DNA of 64,000 nt from Eutreptiella sp. 'Long Island Sound 2002' (taxonomy: Eukaryota; Protista; Euglenida), in the NCBI GenBank assembly GCA_964036045.1, contig OZ038378.1, positions 41,044,001 to 41,108,000 of the forward strand, given 5' to 3'. The notes below the pieces were generated by a model. The model was not told where the DNA came from. It saw only the letters and a list, made by a program, of their open reading frames with translations, and did not search any database. The position numbers were made by a program, and so were the translations under genes. Below are positions 60,201-64,000 of the stretch, in pieces (positions within the stretch are counted from its first letter, which is position 1; each line of letters starts with the position of its first letter).

Positions 60201-62620
60201 GCAGGCAGCGAGTTCCGCCTAACCGGCGAGCATTGGGGCTGAGACATGCGATAGGTGAGGGTGACAGCGGGCGCCCCTGGCTGCACCTAGCACCAGTGCT
60301 AGGCCCGCCGCCATTACCACCAGTGTCAGCTTTGGGCGCGGCCGGAAGGGAATCATAGGGTCGGTCTCAGGCGCCGGGGCTGGCGCCTCTGCTGGTTTGG
60401 GCGCCGGCATTGGTGGGCGTGGGCATGGGCTTGGTGTCAGAGGACTTCCCCCCCCTTCCGCCCCCACCGCCGGAACGGGCGGCGGCCACGGGCCGAGCCA
60501 ACAAGGCGCACCGGCTAACCGGGGACTGGCTAGGATCGGCCCCACGACGGCACGAAGCCGCCCCCCCTCCCCTCCTTCGACTGCGACCCCGGCCCTCCTG
60601 CGACGTGCCCTGGCCCCTTGTAGCCTGCCACTAGCCTTTTTTGCCTATGGCGCGGGGAGCGCGAGGACGAGGACGAGGATGAGACCGGGGGCGAGGGCGC
60701 TCGCCCTGGCTCCGGCGATGGCAGCATGGCCTCGCCCTGCTGTGATGGTGGTGCACCCAGGCCACCCTGGTGTTCCCCCCCCCCCACCAGCGCCGGTGAT
60801 GGGCCAGCACCGTCTGTGCCCTGGCCCCCCTCGTGGGGCTGTGCCCCGGGGTCCCGCGCCTTCGAGACCTCTTGGCCGGGGCGTGGAATAGGTGGTGGCA
60901 CACCCACCACCAGCGCGGGGACGGCCCAGTCTGGCTGTCCGCCGTCCCGCGCCCTGGCGTCCCCCAGTTCGGGACCAAGGGGGCCACTTTGGGCCAAGCC
61001 CTGCAGTGGAGGTACCCCCGGGTCCTCTACGCGCGCGTCCCCCGGATGGACGCCCGCAGCGCCCGCCGCCCCTGCACATGGCGCTCGTATCTAGTGCCCA
61101 CGTGGTAGAACGAGAGGGGCGCGGCGCTGTGGCGGCCAACCTGGCATGGCCGGTTGGAGCTCTGGGGCGACCCCCCCGCCTCCTGGCACCCCCCCCCACT
61201 CCGCCGCCTCACCCTCTTCGAGGGAGAGATGGCCGCTGGCAAGCCCCACACCGTGGGGGTGGACTTGGGGGGGCCGGTTGTGGGACAACGAACTCCGCCC
61301 GCCAGCCCCCCCCCCCCAAACCTTGGGCCCACGGCGACGTGGCTGGACGTGGCCAACGCGGTGCGCGCCCTCCCCCCCATGGTCGGCGAGGTGTGGTGGG
61401 CCACCTTGCCGGAGCCGGGGGAGATCCATGCCACCGTCTGGTGGCCCGATGTCCTCTGCCCCGTCAACCCAGGGCTTAACCAGCACCTCCTGCACGCGGT
61501 CGCCTAGGAAGCTCCCCGCCTCGCCGGGGGATGGGAGCAAGGCCACCCCCCGCGCACGCCAGCACCCCCCAGCCCCTGCCGCCTCCCAAAGGCGGGCCGC
61601 CGCCTCCCTCTATGCAGCCCCGTCCACCACCTGGCGCGCCCGCCCTAGGATGGTGACCGACGCCGACCGCCTTACCACGGTGCAGCCGGCCCGGGAGCCT
61701 AATTGACTTGCACGCATGCTTTGTTGCCCCTCTAGCCCCTCCCTTTGCACCCTCTGACTATTGGTGGCTGGGTACGTGGGTGGGGTGGGTCTCCCCCCCC
61801 CCCCCCGCTCGGGCCGCTAGGGGTCCCCTCTGCCCCGCCTCCGCCGGGCACCGCCGTGTCTTCCCCCCCCCTTCTGCTGCTGCGTTGTGGGAAGTGGAAC
61901 AACACCCAGGGCTAATGCGCGTGACGCACGCCAATGTCACGGCCTTGCGCCTGCACTGGCACACGGTCGCCAAGTGGCGCGCGGACGTGGTGCTGAATTT
62001 GAGACCCGCCTCACGGCGGTTGCGCCACAAGTAATGCACGCCCAGGCCGGGGCCTCAGGATGGCAAGCTTTCTTGGGGGCGCCCTTGGAGTCCCGGAGGG
62101 CATTTGGGATGCGCCAGCCCAGGGGGTGGGTATCCTCGTTTGCCAAGGCTTCCCCGCCAGGCAAATCCTGCCCCCCAAAGGGGCGCCCCGGAACGAGGCG
62201 GACACCCTCGCCCAAACCCTGTGGCACTCCACCCGCTGGGGTCATGTCTTGGTGGGCCTGGGGCCGGGGGCGGATTCCTTGCATGCCCAAGTGGCGTACG
62301 GCGTCTCCGCCCAGCCTGCCCTCAACCGGGTCTTCAGGGACCACACCATGCGGTAAGTGGCGCGCCACGGGTCCGCCCCCCAGCTGGGCGGGGGGGACCT
62401 CAACTTCGACCTCGACTACCCGCTGCGGGCACCGCCGTCCGTCTTGGCGTCCCTCTTCACCCGCCGGCTGGTGGATGCGGACCTTGAGCCGGCATCTGCC
62501 CTGGAGCGGGACCCCCTCTGCTCGTAACAAGGCCTGGAGGGTTTGGAGGGCACCAGTCGGCCCAAAATCAAGCCACCACAAAGCGAGGGTGCAGGCCGTG
62601 GGCTGGCCCCCCTGTTGTGA
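57290..62620 (+). mobile_element. 5' half of a decayed GC-rich non-LTR retrotransposon (coiled-coil ORF1-like region + APE endonuclease); RT absent
   Basis: Coiled coil KIASLRRRIASLEGVINTLRRE at about 57400, several fragmented ORFs, then an APE domain. Boundaries are approximate. Confidence 0.55.
61915..62620 (+). pseudogene. Apurinic-like endonuclease (APE) domain, frameshifted
   Basis: HANVTAL...ADVVL..ETRLT, GVGILV, VAYGVS and GGGDLNFD occur in order. Confidence 0.72.
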
Positions 62621-63272
62621 CCAGTAAATCGGGGGCGGGCCTTTTGCCCCCCCCCCCCCCCCCAAGTGGCAAGGCCACCGAAAGCCCCCCCCCCCCCCCC
62701 CCCAACGCCCCGCCCAACCCCCGCCTCCTTCCTCCCCTCCACTGCCCTCTCGCCCTGCAGGCCTGAAGAACGTTAAGCCGGCCCACCACCGGTGGCGGCT
62801 TTGTATACCAAGGGCCCGCCCTGACCCCCCCTCCCCGCACCTGCTTCCTCCACAGGCGGACCGCTTGCGAACGCGAAGCCATCGACGGAGGCAGTGGCGT
62901 GTGCCCTGTGCGGACGGGCGCGCATCCGCGGCGGCAACGGCGTGGCCAGCGCGCCACACGGCTCGCCCACCGCAGCGCAACGGCTAGCGCCCTGAGCCGA
63001 CGGGCGCGCCTTTGTGGCGCCCACCGCAACGCGTCGGCAGCCCCTTGCGTGTCCGGGAGGGCGAGTGAGAGGCGGGTGCAGGGGCCCGCCCCAGGCACGA
63101 ACTCCCCCCCCCCCCCCCCGCCAGCGCCAGCGCCCCCGGGCAGCCGCGGCCGGGGAAAGGGGCAGAGCCCACCGCTACGGTGCTCACAGCGCCGAGGCAA
63201 TGGCACCTACAACGCGCTGCGCTGCCACCCCCCCCCCCCCCTGACTGCCCCCCGCGACCCCCCCACGGAACG

Positions 63273-63460
63273 GGCGGCGCGGCCCCGCTGGTCAGCGGTT
63301 CGAGGCCGCACCGCCCTGCACAGCCCGGCCGCAGAGAACAAGATGTGAAGGAACCGCGGGGAGATCCTGCGGTTTGATGCGAGCCCGAATGCGGGTGAAA
63401 CCCCCCTGAAAGAGGCGGCGTGGCCCCGCTGGTCAGCGGTTCGAGGTCACGCCGCCCTGC
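63273..63460. repeat. 47-bp direct repeat pair with central palindrome CCGCTG-GT-CAGCGG
   Basis: 63273-63319 and 63414-63460. Confidence 0.8.
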
Positions 63461-64000
63461 GCTGCCCATATATACACATAATAGAGCGATGCACGCTGGG
63501 GAACACTAGAGACACTCGGCGCGCACACCCAACGGCAGGGTCCAGAGGTACACACCCGCGCGGAGGGCGTCACAGGGTGTGGGCCTCGCGGTGGCGGCCT
63601 TGGGGCACGTGATGTGAGAGGGCCACACACATACCACACAAACGGGAGCTCCCACAAACTACCCACGGACATACAACAAACGCGCCCGATGAGAAATAGA
63701 TGTGCAGAAGCCGGGGGGTGAACCGGCGGTCTAATGCCAGCCCTATGTGATGTGTATGCATCAAGTAATGTAAGTCGTACAAGCAAAGAACCTCAGTATT
63801 TGTATAATGTAAACCCCCGGCCAACAACCACGGAGGGCCGGGGGAACGGGTAACAGCCCCGGACCCCCCAACGGCAGCCCCAATGGTGAGCGCACCACCG
63901 GATGGGGCATGTCAGCGGGGTAAACATTGCGCTGAGTAACTAACGTAATAAATAGTGCTTACTGCCGTAACTAACGCTTAACGGGTAAGTGGCCGCCCCC

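Noticed and set aside
57900-63400. Many long GC-rich ORFs on both strands
   Set aside because: They are expected by chance at this GC content. Only the APE motifs and the 5' coiled coil are interpretable.

Overview
Eukaryotic (protist) genomic DNA, probably euglenid by inference from the high-GC3 exons, short GT-AG introns and MHYT/cyclase gene type. The window is almost entirely nested, mostly decayed transposable elements around one apparently intact 8-exon host gene (25540-37519), which encodes an MHYT membrane sensor fused to a degenerate class III cyclase. The main result is two related DNA elements, A (<1-12754) and B (44323-50925; 18-bp TIRs, TA duplication). Each carries an unclassified DDE-like gene and a spliced gene for a ParB/Srx-like domain followed by a methyltransferase-like region. 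Each is also studded with its own palindrome: TTTCACTGTTGACAGTGAAA x11 in A and GCGAAATTTCGC x7 in B. These sit in the short introns, the intergenic spacer and near the ends. A third element, C (40756-52715; about 43-bp TIRs, Transib/RAG1-like transposase split by B), places its own CTAG-rich motif in its introns and termini. Also present: an L1-like LINE with C-terminal RNase H inserted in A, a tRNA-headed SINE inside that LINE, a second truncated LINE, two hAT elements, a Harbinger-type fragment carrying a B-box/adenine-MTase piece, MITEs, a 49-bp minisatellite, a ~195-bp satellite and the 5' half of another non-LTR element. All protein assignments are by eye from motifs; no database search was run.
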